A DNA stretch of 64,000 bases from positions 21,821 through 85,820 of the forward strand of contig CAWHUF010000007.1 in assembly GCA_963832495.1 (NCBI GenBank), given 5' to 3'. Positions 29,146 to 39,720 of this stretch are shown one piece after another (position 1 is the first letter of the stretch; the number at the start of each line of letters is the position of its first letter). The notes beneath the pieces are model-generated. The model did not search any database and was not told the origin of the DNA. It was given only the letters and a program-made list of their open reading frames with translations. Both the position numbers and the translations under genes were made by a program. This DNA is from an uncultured Acidobacteriota bacterium. GTDB taxonomy: Bacteria; Acidobacteriota; Thermoanaerobaculia; Multivoradales; UBA5704.

Positions 29146-30185
29146 GACGGCCGCGGCTCTGCCTGGTCTTTCCCCACCTCGGCCTGGGGGGCGGGGAGAC
29201 CGTCATGATGGACGTGGCGGAAGGATTGCGGGGCGAGCTCGACCTCGACGTCTGCGCCCTGTGGGACGGCAGGGCCCCCGGCGAGCACCGGACCCTGGTG
29301 CCGGAGCTGGACGCGCGCTTCCCCGGCTGGACCCCCATCCGCAAGCGCTGGGAGCTGCGCCCCCGGTTCCGGGAGGCGGACGCCGTGCTCTGGTACGGGG
29401 TGGTCAACGCCGTGCCGGACGTGCTGGCGGCCATGGGCGAGCGCCCGGCCTCGGTCCGAGTGGTCCACACGGAGCGCGAGGTGGACGGCCCGGGCTTCGA
29501 GCGGCGCTGGGGGCGTACCGTCGACGCCACGGTCCGCGTCTCTCCAACGATTAAGATCCCGGGCGCCGTCTTCATCCCCAACACCTGCTCGGGGGAGACC
29601 CTGAAAGGACCTGCGATGGAGCTGTTCCCGCCCGGCCGCCCCACCCTGGGCTTCCTCGGCCGCCTCGCCCCCATGAAGAACGTGCCCTGGCTGGTCGACA
29701 ACGTGGAGGTGCTCGGCTGCAACCTGCTGATCCAGGCCTTGGACACGGAGCTCGTCACCGTGGCGGAGCTGAAGCGCCGGGCCTCCAAGGCGGGATTCAG
29801 GGAGCGGGTCCGGTTCCTGCCGCCCTCCCGGGACGTGGGCACGCTCCTGCGCAGCGTCGACGCCCTGATCCTGGTGTCTGATCACGAGGGGTTCCCCCGG
29901 GTGGTGATCGAGGCCGGGATGGTGGGGACTCCCGTGATCTCCACCCCGGTCGGGGCGCTGCCGGAGCTGTTCCGCGAGGAGATCCTCTTCGTGGACCACC
30001 CCCTCTATGCCAGATCCGTCCAGACCGCCCTGGAGCTCCTGAAAGATTCACGGGAGGCCTGGGGGCGGCGGCTCCAGGAGAAGGTTGCCCGCCTCTGTGC
30101 CCCGGAAACCGTGGTGGCGCGCTACGCCGAGGTCCTGCGAGAGGCCATCGCGGTCAACGCTGCCCGGCCGGCTCCCGGCTCCTGA
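29142..30185 (+). CDS. Glycosyltransferase family 4 (GT-B)
   Basis: LGGGE, GFLGRLAPMKN, SDHEGFPRVVIEAGMVGTPVISTPVG. Confidence 0.88.
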   Translation: MRRPRLCLVFPHLGLGGGETVMMDVAEGLRGELDLDVCALWDGRAPGEHRTLVPELDARFPGWTPIRKRWELRPRFREADAVLWYGVVNAVPDVLAAMGERPASVRVVHTEREVDGPGFERRWGRTVDATVRVSPTIKIPGAVFIPNTCSGETLKGPAMELFPPGRPTLGFLGRLAPMKNVPWLVDNVEVLGCNLLIQALDTELVTVAELKRRASKAGFRERVRFLPPSRDVGTLLRSVDALILVSDHEGFPRVVIEAGMVGTPVISTPVGALPELFREEILFVDHPLYARSVQTALELLKDSREAWGRRLQEKVARLCAPETVVARYAEVLREAIAVNAARPAPGS

Positions 30186-30795
30186 GTCTCCGTCCCACCA
30201 TCCAGAACAGCCCGGCCACGCCGAGCACGAGGCCGAAGACGAGCGCCAGGTTGTCCAGATTCCGGGCCGTGGCGCCGGTGAGGGCATAGATCAGCGCCGC
30301 GGGGAGGCTGCCGGCCAGGGTCGCCAGCACCATCCGTCCCCAGCCTATAGGGGAGGCGCCGGCCAGGATCGAGACGGTCTCGGCCAGGATGGGGATAGGC
30401 CGGGTGACGATGATGGCGAGGTCTCCCCACTCGGCCAGCAGGGCGTCGGCCCGCCGGCGCTCGTCCTCCGGCACCAGCCGGGCCAGGAGGGGACCGCCGC
30501 GCCGGCCCAGGGCGAAGCCGAAGAGGGCCGCCCCCACGGCGCCCGCGAGCGAGAGGAGCGTGCCGGTCAGCACGCCGAACAGGGCGCCGTGGGCGATCAT
30601 CACCAGGCTCGCGGGCACGGGCAGCAGCACGTCCGCGATCAGCAGCCCCACGCCCACGGCCGCCGCGATCCACCCGCCGCGCTGGAGCCACGGGTCCGGG
30701 TCCGTCAGCAGGGGCACCCGGAGCCATTCGGCGATCCCGAACAGGACCAGGAAGGCGGCCATCATCCCCAGGGTCAGCAGCCAGTAGTGTTTCAT
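30154..30795 (-). CDS. VTT/DedA (SNARE-associated) membrane protein
   Basis: DVLLPVPASLVMIAHGALFG..IIVTRPIPILAE. Confidence 0.85.
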   Translation of the reverse strand: MKHYWLLTLGMMAAFLVLFGIAEWLRVPLLTDPDPWLQRGGWIAAAVGVGLLIADVLLPVPASLVMIAHGALFGVLTGTLLSLAGAVGAALFGFALGRRGGPLLARLVPEDERRRADALLAEWGDLAIIVTRPIPILAETVSILAGASPIGWGRMVLATLAGSLPAALIYALTGATARNLDNLALVFGLVLGVAGLFWMVGRRLRSREPAGQR

Positions 30796-30879
30796 CACCG
30801 ATCCAAAGGTATTTCAGGTAGCGTATCACTTGCAGCCCGCGCGCCCCGCGCCTGCCGAGTTGAGGGAAAGGGGGGTCTC

Positions 30880-32368
30880 ATGGTCCTGCGTCTTCTTCTC
30901 GGAGTCCTGCTCCTCGCCAGCACATCCGTCCCAACTTTACGGGCCGCGGAACAACCATCCCCGCCATCCCCGCCCAAGATCGTCAACGGCAGCAACGAGC
31001 CCGGGTATCCCGCCGTCGGCTGGTTCCAGGCGTTCGGCGGCCTCTGTACGGCCACGCTGATCGGCTGCCAGACCGTGCTGACGGCGGCTCACTGCCTGTG
31101 CACCCACCCGGTCACGGGAGTCGACCTGGCCCCGGCCGAGTGCGCCAGCGCCGGCCTCCTGGAAGCGGCGGACAAGGCGATGTTCTTCCACGACGCCGGG
31201 GTTTTCGCCGTCTCCTCGGTCGCCGTCCACCCGGAGAGGAATCCGGGCAGCGCCTCCTCGAACCCTCTGCACGACCTGGCCGTGATCCGCCTCGCCTCGC
31301 CCGTCACCGGCATCGCGCCGGCGGTGATCAACCAGAACGCCGCGGTCGCGGACGGCGTCACCGGCACCATCGTCGGCTTCGGGCTGACCAGCGGCTCCGC
31401 GAGCGATCTCGGCATCAAGCGTTCGGGCGCCATCACGACCGCCCCGTGCGACATCCCGGGCCACGTGTGCTGGGAGTTCAGCGGCAGCCAGTCGAACACC
31501 TGCAGCGGTGATTCCGGCGGCCCTCTCTTCGTCAATACGCCGCAGGGCGTCGTGCTGGCCGGGGTGACCTCGTTCGGGCTCCACCCTTCCTGCCTGGCCA
31601 ACGATTTCTCGTACGACGCCGACGTCTTTTCCGACCGCGCCTGGATCGCCTCGGCGGCCGGGGCCGACCTCGCCACGGGACCGGTGCAGTGCAGCGCCCT
31701 CCCCAACGCCGGAGCGGCGAACACCTCCGTCCTGGGGCGGGTGAATTTCGTGACCTCGCAGGCGACGTCCAATTCCGTCGCCGTGCCGGCCGGGGCCGCC
31801 CAACTCCGCGTGGGGACGAGCGGCAACAACCTGCTGCGGACCCAGCTGTCGGGGCCCTCCGGCACGGTCAGCTGCGGCTCGGGGATCCCCGTGGCCTATT
31901 GCGAGATCAACCAACCGCCGGCCGGCATCTACACGGTTACCGTCCGCAACCAGGGAGGTGGCACGGTCCAGGTCCAGACGGTGTTCACCCTGCTGGGGGC
32001 GGAGATCGGGGTGGCGGACCCGGACCCGCCCGCCGGCCCATGGCTCACCACCACGGAGCTCCCCCGGCTACCGGTTCAAGGTGCGGATCAACGGCGGCGC
32101 CGCCGGCACCCAGGTGGCGGACTGCGTGCCGGAGACCCTCTGCGTGGCCGGTTCCCTGCCCACGCGCACGGAGCTGTTCCTGCGCGTCATCGGCCCCCGG
32201 CCCAACGGCTTCCTCTGGACGCAGGCCGTGCGGTTCACCGTCTCCCGGCTGGAGGTCTGGGTGGAGCGGACGGCCGATTCGGAGGTCCGTTACTACGATC
32301 TGCCGGCGGTGTCGGCGGACAGCGAGACGCTGCCCGGGATGGTGGACAAGGAGGCCTTCACGCCCTAG
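30880..32368 (+). CDS. Secreted trypsin-like (S1) serine protease with C-terminal domains (frameshift near 32060)
   Basis: Signal peptide, KIVNG, TAAHC, HDLAVIRL, GDSGGP; C-terminus in ORF 31958..32368. Confidence 0.85.
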
Positions 32369-32421
32369 CACGGGCTCGAGATAGGACTACAATAGGTGGC
32401 CACCCACGAGAGGAGGCTCCC

Positions 32422-32589
32422 ATGACGAGAGAGTCCCAGCCGCCCAGATACTTCGCCGAGACCGCGATCGGAGCGGTGGTGCTGGTCGCCATCCAGTTCC
32501 TCTCCCTCCCCGTCCTGGTCGGGGGGCTGGCCCTGATCGGGATCGCGAAGCTCGTCTCCTCCATACGCACTGCAAGAACGGGCCGGTAA
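32422..32589 (+). CDS. Small membrane protein (55 aa)
   Basis: GAGGAGG RBS; two hydrophobic segments. Confidence 0.45.
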   Translation: MTRESQPPRYFAETAIGAVVLVAIQFLSLPVLVGGLALIGIAKLVSSIRTARTGR

Positions 32590-32604
32590 GGCCTCCCTGT
32601 TGGC

Positions 32605-32865
32605 CCCAGCGCAGCCACTTGCTTCGCGAAGCGAGCCGCTTGATCCGCGAAGCCAGCGGCTCCATCCGCGAAGTGAGGCCTGATTTCGCGAATCAAGCCC
32701 CGTGCATGGCGGATCAAGCCTCTTGCTTCCCGAAGCAAGCGCCTTGATCCGCGAAGCAAGCCTCTGCATTCGCGAAGTGAGCCCTGATTTCGCGGATGCA
32801 GCTCCTTGCATGGCGGATCAAGCCCCTCGCTTCGCGGATCAAGCCGCTCGCTTCGTGAAGCAAAC
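32605..32865. repeat. Degenerate 21-nt-period tandem repeat array
   Basis: Recurrent CGCGAAGC/GCGGATCAAGCC units; a higher-order copy about 104 nt apart (GCATGGCGGATCAAGCC at 32704 and 32808). Confidence 0.7.
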
Positions 32866-32902
32866 GGGAGCCTTCCCGGGGCTGCGGTATACTTCGGCCA
32901 CC

Positions 32903-33247
32903 ATGGACCGGGCGCGCTACCAGCAGGAAGCCCAGCGTCTGGCCGCCATTCTGCGCGGAGAGATCCAGCGTCAGGGTGTCTCGATCCGGTCCCTGGAGCA
33001 GAAGATGGGGGTCGGCAACTCCGTCTACCAGAAAGTCCTCGGCGGCAAGATCTCGATGACCCTGGGCCACCTCCTCCAGATGGCCGACGCCCTGGGCCTG
33101 GAGTGGTCCGAGCTCTTCCGCATGGCCTACCCCGGTCCCGCCCAGAACCCCGAGGCCCCGGCCCCCGAAGGAGACGATTTCGATCAGAGGGTCATGGACG
33201 TCCTCCGCCGGCACGGCCTGCTCCCCGAGTCCGCCTCCGGGCGCTGA
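32903..33247 (+). CDS. XRE-like HTH protein
   Basis: GVSIRSLEQKMGVGNSVYQKVLGGKISMTLGHLLQMADALG. Confidence 0.75.
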   Translation: MDRARYQQEAQRLAAILRGEIQRQGVSIRSLEQKMGVGNSVYQKVLGGKISMTLGHLLQMADALGLEWSELFRMAYPGPAQNPEAPAPEGDDFDQRVMDVLRRHGLLPESASGR

Positions 33248-33258
33248 GCCTCGACAGA

Positions 33259-34632
33259 CTACGGAGCGAACATCGCCGGCTCGAACCGCAACCCCGCCTG
33301 CCAGGGGAGCCGTTCCAGGAAGGTCCGCACGCGCTCGATCATCGGCACGGTGACGGCCTGGCACCGGCAGGCTTCGCGCACGAAGTAAAGTGCCCGTGCC
33401 GCTTCCACATGGACGCCCAGGTCGTCCAGCGTGGCATGCATCTCCTCGGCCAGCTGCAGCACCTCGGCCGCCCGGCCCTTCTTCAGCCAGGCCGCCGCCA
33501 GGTCCAGGCCCACGAGGGCGGCGTCATACCCCTGGCCGCGCTGGACGAACCCCTGCCTCGCTTCGGAAAACGCGCGCTCCGCCCGGGCCAGACGGTTGAG
33601 CCCAGCGTAGATCTTCCCCTCGACCCACCGCAGCTTCAAAAGGTTGAGAGGCTCGGCTGAGAACGCGTTCCGCAGACCGCTCTGAAGGAGGAGGAGGCTG
33701 GCGCGGCTGTACTCGCCGCAGGCAGCCAGGGCGTCGATGGTATTGAGGACTGTGGACCGCTGAAGTTGCGGATCTCTATCAGGCTCGAGCAGACTGGCCC
33801 CTCTTTCAAAGAGATCCAGAGCCTCCCGGGGATGTCCTTGATAGTAGGTGTTGGTGCCCTTAGAGATCAAAGCTCGGCCAGCAAGATGGGTATCACCAGC
33901 TTCTAGATAGAAGTCATGAACGCGATCGAGCAGAGAGATGGCCTCATCGAGACGCCTCTCAGCTCTCCGGACTGAGGCTTCGAGATCCAGCACGCGCGCT
34001 TGCAGAAGTGGATCGCCCGATCCTTCGTTCAGGAACTCCCGAGCCTGTGAAAGAGCCGCATTGGCTTCAGCCCATCGGTCGTTGATACGGTAGGCATTAC
34101 CTAACTCGGCAAAAGCTCTGGCGCGCAGATCCGCAACAAACCCTGGCCAGGGATACTTGTCCGGCTGAATATGCTTGGCCACTCCTGCGGCATCTTCTGC
34201 CAGGGTCAGCATCCGTTTGGGATCGCTGAAGCGGCTTTCGTAGCTCTTTCGAAGCAAAGCTTCGCAGAGAGGCCAGCCGTGGAGCGCTCGTGCCTCCCGG
34301 TATGAGACTCTCGCGTCTCCCAGTCCTTCTGGGACCTGATCAAGGAGGGCGACGGCCCGTTCAAGCTTAGCGGTCTCTTTACTCCAGCGGGCCTTTAAGG
34401 ATCGTGCCGCAATCCTGGCACGAGCGAGGGCTTCATCGTACTGCCCTTCTGCTACAGGTTCCGCCGCCGTCCAGGGTTCGTCTCCAAGAAGTGGCTCAGC
34501 CAGCTTCTTGAATAATCGTTGGCAGCGCAGACAGCCTTCGCCGAACACGTGCCGAACCACCCGGCTGCGGACGTCACCCTCCAGCCGGCCGGCGAGAAAA
34601 TCCGCGATCTCTCCCTTCCCAGGATGCGTCAT
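33259..34632 (-). CDS. TPR-repeat protein with N-terminal anti-sigma-like zinc finger
   Basis: MTHP..IADFLAGRL..VVRHVFGEGCLRC (Hx5CxxC); multiple TPR-like helices (RAFAELGNAYRI, DEAISLLDRV). Confidence 0.75.
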   Translation of the reverse strand: MTHPGKGEIADFLAGRLEGDVRSRVVRHVFGEGCLRCQRLFKKLAEPLLGDEPWTAAEPVAEGQYDEALARARIAARSLKARWSKETAKLERAVALLDQVPEGLGDARVSYREARALHGWPLCEALLRKSYESRFSDPKRMLTLAEDAAGVAKHIQPDKYPWPGFVADLRARAFAELGNAYRINDRWAEANAALSQAREFLNEGSGDPLLQARVLDLEASVRRAERRLDEAISLLDRVHDFYLEAGDTHLAGRALISKGTNTYYQGHPREALDLFERGASLLEPDRDPQLQRSTVLNTIDALAACGEYSRASLLLLQSGLRNAFSAEPLNLLKLRWVEGKIYAGLNRLARAERAFSEARQGFVQRGQGYDAALVGLDLAAAWLKKGRAAEVLQLAEEMHATLDDLGVHVEAARALYFVREACRCQAVTVPMIERVRTFLERLPWQAGLRFEPAMFAP

Positions 34633-34749
34633 GCGAACGCTCCATGCAGATGAAATTGACACCAAGCTGCGAAAGTATTTCACAAAAGCACGTCGGGAGA
34701 GAACCCGGAAGCGGATTGCCCCCGGGATCCTCTGCCGCGACAGAGTTAT

Positions 34750-35049
34750 TCAATGGTGGCCGTTGGGATCGATCTGGGAGCCGTCTTTAGCCAACGTGCT
34801 ATCCATAGGGGCCGTGGCTCTTGGACAGCCGTTGGGATCGATACTTGACCCATGGTCGCACTTCGGCAAGACCGTGATTGGCCCGAGGCCCAGCCACGAC
34901 AGCACGCGCGGCACGATCCCGCCCGACCACTCCCGGGCTTCGTCCCAGCCCGACCATCCCGCGGCCCCGGCGGGAGCCGCCGACGCCAGGGCGAGCGCGG
35001 CCACGAGCGCGACGGCGGCTCCGATTCGAATCTCTCTTTTCAAGAACAT
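34750..35049 (-). CDS. Small secreted peptide with repeated IDPNG motif
   Basis: AGGAGG RBS; signal peptide (AAVALVAALALASAAPAGA); GSSIDPNG and GSQIDPNG near the C-terminus. Confidence 0.65.
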   Translation of the reverse strand: MFLKREIRIGAAVALVAALALASAAPAGAAGWSGWDEAREWSGGIVPRVLSWLGLGPITVLPKCDHGSSIDPNGCPRATAPMDSTLAKDGSQIDPNGHH

Positions 35050-35349
35050 ACATCCCTCCTCCATCGCCGTGGCTCGCGCACGAGCCGTCATTGGCCCGGG
35101 TGTCCACGGGATCACCGAACGGCATTCCCTAGTTTGCGCCTTCCGGACCCAATTTCTTGTCCGGGGGGCAATAAACGCCTCCAAGGGCAGGGTGCGATGG
35201 AATCGAATCTACGGGGATGGCCTCTCGATCCGCAACGATTTGACCGGTGGACAGCACGGCGAGATCGGCTCAGCGTTCTTTGGAGTCTCCCTGAACCATT
35301 GAGACGCTAGATCTACAATTTAGTAAAAAGGCATTGACAATCGGCGTTC

Positions 35350-35760
35350 GTGCCGCTCATCATGCTGCACATGGATGATGAAGCGGCGGTCCTCGCGGAA
35401 GCGGGGGACTGGAACCGGCCGTTCCGGCAGGCCTTCGGTTCCCGTCTAGCGCAACTACGCCGGGTGAGGGGATGGAAACAGCGGGAACTGGCCCGGCGGG
35501 CTCAGATCGACCCTGGACGGCTCTCGAAGCTGGAGCGCGGAGGGGTGCGAGCCAGCGCCGCGGAGCTGGTCCGGCTGTCGCTGGCCCTGGGGACCGCGCT
35601 GGACGAGCTCGTCTTCGGCGCTGCCGCGAACCTGGAAACCGGCTGGCAGCGCCTCCGGGAGGAGATCGAAAGAGCCGGAGGCCCGACGGCCCTCGCCTGC
35701 GCCACCCACATGCTCCGGGCGTTCGCCCTGGGCTGCCAGACTTCAAGAGCGGAGGGATGA
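35350..35760 (+). CDS. XRE-family HTH regulator
   Basis: FGSRLAQLRRVRGWKQRELARRAQIDPGRLSKLERG..LDELVFG; TTGACA at 35334-35339. Confidence 0.85.
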   Translation: MPLIMLHMDDEAAVLAEAGDWNRPFRQAFGSRLAQLRRVRGWKQRELARRAQIDPGRLSKLERGGVRASAAELVRLSLALGTALDELVFGAAANLETGWQRLREEIERAGGPTALACATHMLRAFALGCQTSRAEG

Positions 35761-35862
35761 CGTATGACGGAACCCGAGGCCAAGCTGGTCCTTCTGAAGA
35801 TCATCTACGAACTCGAGGCCGCCGGGCTCTCTTTCGCGAGTCTCCTGGGCCAAAGCACAAAG

Positions 35863-35895
35863 GCCCGGGTGGATCGCTCCACCCGGGCTTTGTGT
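35863..35895 (+). terminator. Intrinsic terminator-like hairpin
   Basis: GCCCGGGTGGA-TCGC-TCCACCCGGGC followed by TTTGTGT. Confidence 0.5.
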
Positions 35896-36214
35896 CCCCC
35901 CTAAGAGACTTCAAAAAATCAAAATAAGAACTGCTACTTCGAACGGCTCGAGGTTCCCTCGTTCGCTCTCGCGTCTTCAGGTCGCTCTTGTTGATTGGGA
36001 GTGTAGGGCAGGGCCTTATCAGGAGTCCTCAAATACTGGATCAAAGTTCATCAAAAGATCTCAAACTATTCTATCCATTGGAGATCCAGTCCGTCCGAGC
36101 GGCTGTGGGACGAAGGTCCAATAGGTTCGGGCCAAGCGAATAGGGAAGATTCCTGGACGGAGTCCTCCGGATCAGAGGCCGCGGTCACGGTGTATCGGAG
36201 GACGGGAGGAAGCC

Positions 36215-37333
<1,119 letters not shown>

Positions 37334-37426
37334 GGGCAGGTGCTGCTCGGTCTCGCGGCGCGGCGTTTGGATTCGAAGGACCAGCGGGACGCCAGCGTTC
37401 CCCCAAAGCCCTGTCCGGACCCCGAA

Positions 37427-37794
37427 CGAGCCTCTCGCGCCGCCCTGCGGAAGGCTCGCCGGCTGGAACGAGTGGCCCGTTGACCCTTACGAGAGGCTCG
37501 CCGGCCGGAACGGGCCAGCTTTTCACCGGAACGGAAGGCTCGCCGGCCGGAACGAGCCGGCTTTTGACCGGAACGAGCGGCTCGCCGGTTGGAACGGGTG
37601 AGCTTTTGACGGGAACGAGAGGCTCGCCGGTCAGAACGGATCAGCTTTTCGATGGAACGAGCGGCCCGCCGGCCGGAACGAGTGAGCTTTTGACCGGAAC
37701 GGGAGGCTCGCCGGCCGGAACGAGCCTTCTGTAAGGGTCAACGGACCCCTCGTTCCAGCCGGCGAGTCTTCCGCAGGGCGGCGCGAGAGGCTCG
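37427..37794. repeat. Element with 64-bp terminal inverted repeats enclosing about 5.5 x 42-nt tandem repeats
   Basis: 37427-37490 versus the reverse complement of 37731-37794 differ at 3 positions; inner units start GGCTCGCCGG (one GGCCCGCCGG) at 37495, 37537, 37579, 37621, 37663 and 37705. Confidence 0.85.
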
Positions 37795-37809
37795 TGCAGG
37801 GGGCCAGAG

Positions 37810-39690
37810 CTAACGGCGGGGTCCGTACCGCAATCCCACCCGCAGGGACCGTCCCGGCCCCGGAAAACCGATCAGCGTCTCGTACTCCCGGTCCGTCAGG
37901 TTGTCGATGCGTCCCTGGATCTCCCACGGTCCGTTGAGACGCCAGGTGCCTCCCAGGCCCGCGAGGGCGTAGCCGGGGACGGTGTCGCGCTCGGGGACGG
38001 GGATCTGCTCGTCGAAGCTCTCGGAAACGCCCTGGGTGTCGAGCTGGAGGGCCAGGCGGTCGGAGGGGCGCCAGTCGATCCTCAGACCTCCGACCCACTT
38101 CGGACGGTGGCGGAGACGGGCCTGGGTCGTGAGGTCTTCGACCTGCTGCCAGGTGGCGTTGGCCCGGACGGCGAGGCTCTCGACGGGCGTCCAGCCGAGG
38201 GTGGCCTCCACTCCCTGGGCTTCCACCTCGGAGCGGTTCAGGTGGGTGAAGGTGTCGAAGTCGAAGTCGATCAGGTCCTCGTAGCGGTTGTAGAAGAGGG
38301 TGAGGCCGGTCTCCAGGCGGGCGGCGGCGAAGTGGCGGTCGATTCCGATGTCGCCGCCCAGGACCTTCTCGGGCCGGAGGGCTGGGTTGCCTCCGAGCTG
38401 GGGCGGGCTCGCCAGGGCGAAGAAGCTCGGCTGCTTCCAGGCCCTGCCGGCGGAGGCGTGAAGGCGTGTGGGGCCATTTCCCGAGGCACCGGGGCGGAAG
38501 CTCACGCCCAGGCGCGGGCTCCACTGGCGGGGGCCGTCCTCGGGTACGTCGAAGCGGGAGCCGGCCTCGAAGACGAAGGCGCCGCGGTCCACGACCAGCT
38601 CGGCGAAGGCGCCGGGCAGGGTGCGGGTGATCTCGTAGTCGCCCCGGACCTCGCCGCCGAATTCGGGTGGCAGGAGGAGGACGCTGTCGTTCTCCCCCCT
38701 CTCCCGCTGCACGTCCGCGCCCGCGCTCAGCCGCACGCCTCCGGCGTCGTGGAGGGTCGAGGTCCAGCCGGCCCGGGCCACGGTGTAGCGGGCGGATTCG
38801 AGGGACGGCGGCACCTGCGGGAAGACGGCGGGACTGTCCGTGTTCCGGTCGTGGCGGTAGAGGGCGAGGGTGAGCTTCTGGGTCCCAAAGGCCAGCTCGG
38901 AGGCGAGGGAGGCCTCTTCGTGATCGGACCGGCGGAGCTCGCCCGTTCCGTAGACGGGACCGCCGGAGGCATCGGGGTAGTCGTTGCCTTCCCAATCCGC
39001 CCAACGGGTCTTCAACTGGAGGCGCGCCTTGCCGAGGGGGACGGCGACGTTGGCGTGGAGGTTGGACTGCTGGAATCTCTCCTCGGCCACCCGGTGCTCT
39101 TCCTCTTCCCAGGTCCCGCCGAGGAAGTACGTGGCCTTCCCCACGGAGCCGGAGACGGAGCCCTGCCCCCGGCGCAGGTCGGCGTCGCCGGCCATGGCCT
39201 CGGCCTCCACGGCGGGTGGCCCGTCCTGCCCCTGGCGGGTGACGATGTTGATGGCGCCCGCGAGCCCCGTGGAGCCGTAGAAGGAGGAGAGGGGGCCGCG
39301 GACGATCTCGACGCGCTCCACGGCGGCCGCCGGGAGTCCCTCGAAATTGAAGACGTCTCCCACCTGGTAGGTGGGGTCGTTGAGCGGCACGCCGTCCAGG
39401 AGCACCAGGGTGAAGTTGGGATCGCCGCCGCGGATCTGGGCCGTGGAGAAGCCGCCCCGGGCGCCGTTGGTGGTGACGTCGAGGCCCGGGACGAAGCGCA
39501 GCACGTCGGCCACGGTGCGGGCACCCGAGCTTTCGATGGTCTCGCGGTCGAGCACTGTGACGGAGCCGGTGGCGGAGGAGAGGGGGCGCTCTTCTACCGT
39601 GGCGGTGGAGTAGAAGGTGGCGGCCGGCTCCTGGCCGGCCGCCATCGGAGCGAGCGCCAGCAACGGAATGGCGCAGAGGATCTTTCTCAT
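37810..39690 (-). CDS. TonB-dependent receptor (BtuB-like)
   Basis: Signal peptide; plug motifs VADVLRFVPG, IRGG, LVLLDGVPLN, VERVEIVRGPLSSFYG..GAINIVT; C-terminal NLTDREY..PGRSLRVGLRY. Confidence 0.92.
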   Translation of the reverse strand: MRKILCAIPLLALAPMAAGQEPAATFYSTATVEERPLSSATGSVTVLDRETIESSGARTVADVLRFVPGLDVTTNGARGGFSTAQIRGGDPNFTLVLLDGVPLNDPTYQVGDVFNFEGLPAAAVERVEIVRGPLSSFYGSTGLAGAINIVTRQGQDGPPAVEAEAMAGDADLRRGQGSVSGSVGKATYFLGGTWEEEEHRVAEERFQQSNLHANVAVPLGKARLQLKTRWADWEGNDYPDASGGPVYGTGELRRSDHEEASLASELAFGTQKLTLALYRHDRNTDSPAVFPQVPPSLESARYTVARAGWTSTLHDAGGVRLSAGADVQRERGENDSVLLLPPEFGGEVRGDYEITRTLPGAFAELVVDRGAFVFEAGSRFDVPEDGPRQWSPRLGVSFRPGASGNGPTRLHASAGRAWKQPSFFALASPPQLGGNPALRPEKVLGGDIGIDRHFAAARLETGLTLFYNRYEDLIDFDFDTFTHLNRSEVEAQGVEATLGWTPVESLAVRANATWQQVEDLTTQARLRHRPKWVGGLRIDWRPSDRLALQLDTQGVSESFDEQIPVPERDTVPGYALAGLGGTWRLNGPWEIQGRIDNLTDREYETLIGFPGPGRSLRVGLRYGPRR

Positions 39691-39720
39691 CGGACGGTTC
39701 TCATCGCCTATTTCGGGGAG

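Noticed and set aside
30085-32589. 834-aa single ORF
   Set aside because: An artefact joining antisense DedA sequence, the protease, a frameshifted stretch and a small membrane ORF.
35764-35904. Short ORF MTEPEAKLVLLKIIYELEAAG after the HTH gene
   Set aside because: It could be a truncated gene, but it runs into a hairpin and AT-rich DNA; support is insufficient.
37495-37725. Possible CRISPR array
   Set aside because: The units are contiguous degenerate 42-nt tandem repeats without unique spacers, and no cas genes are present.
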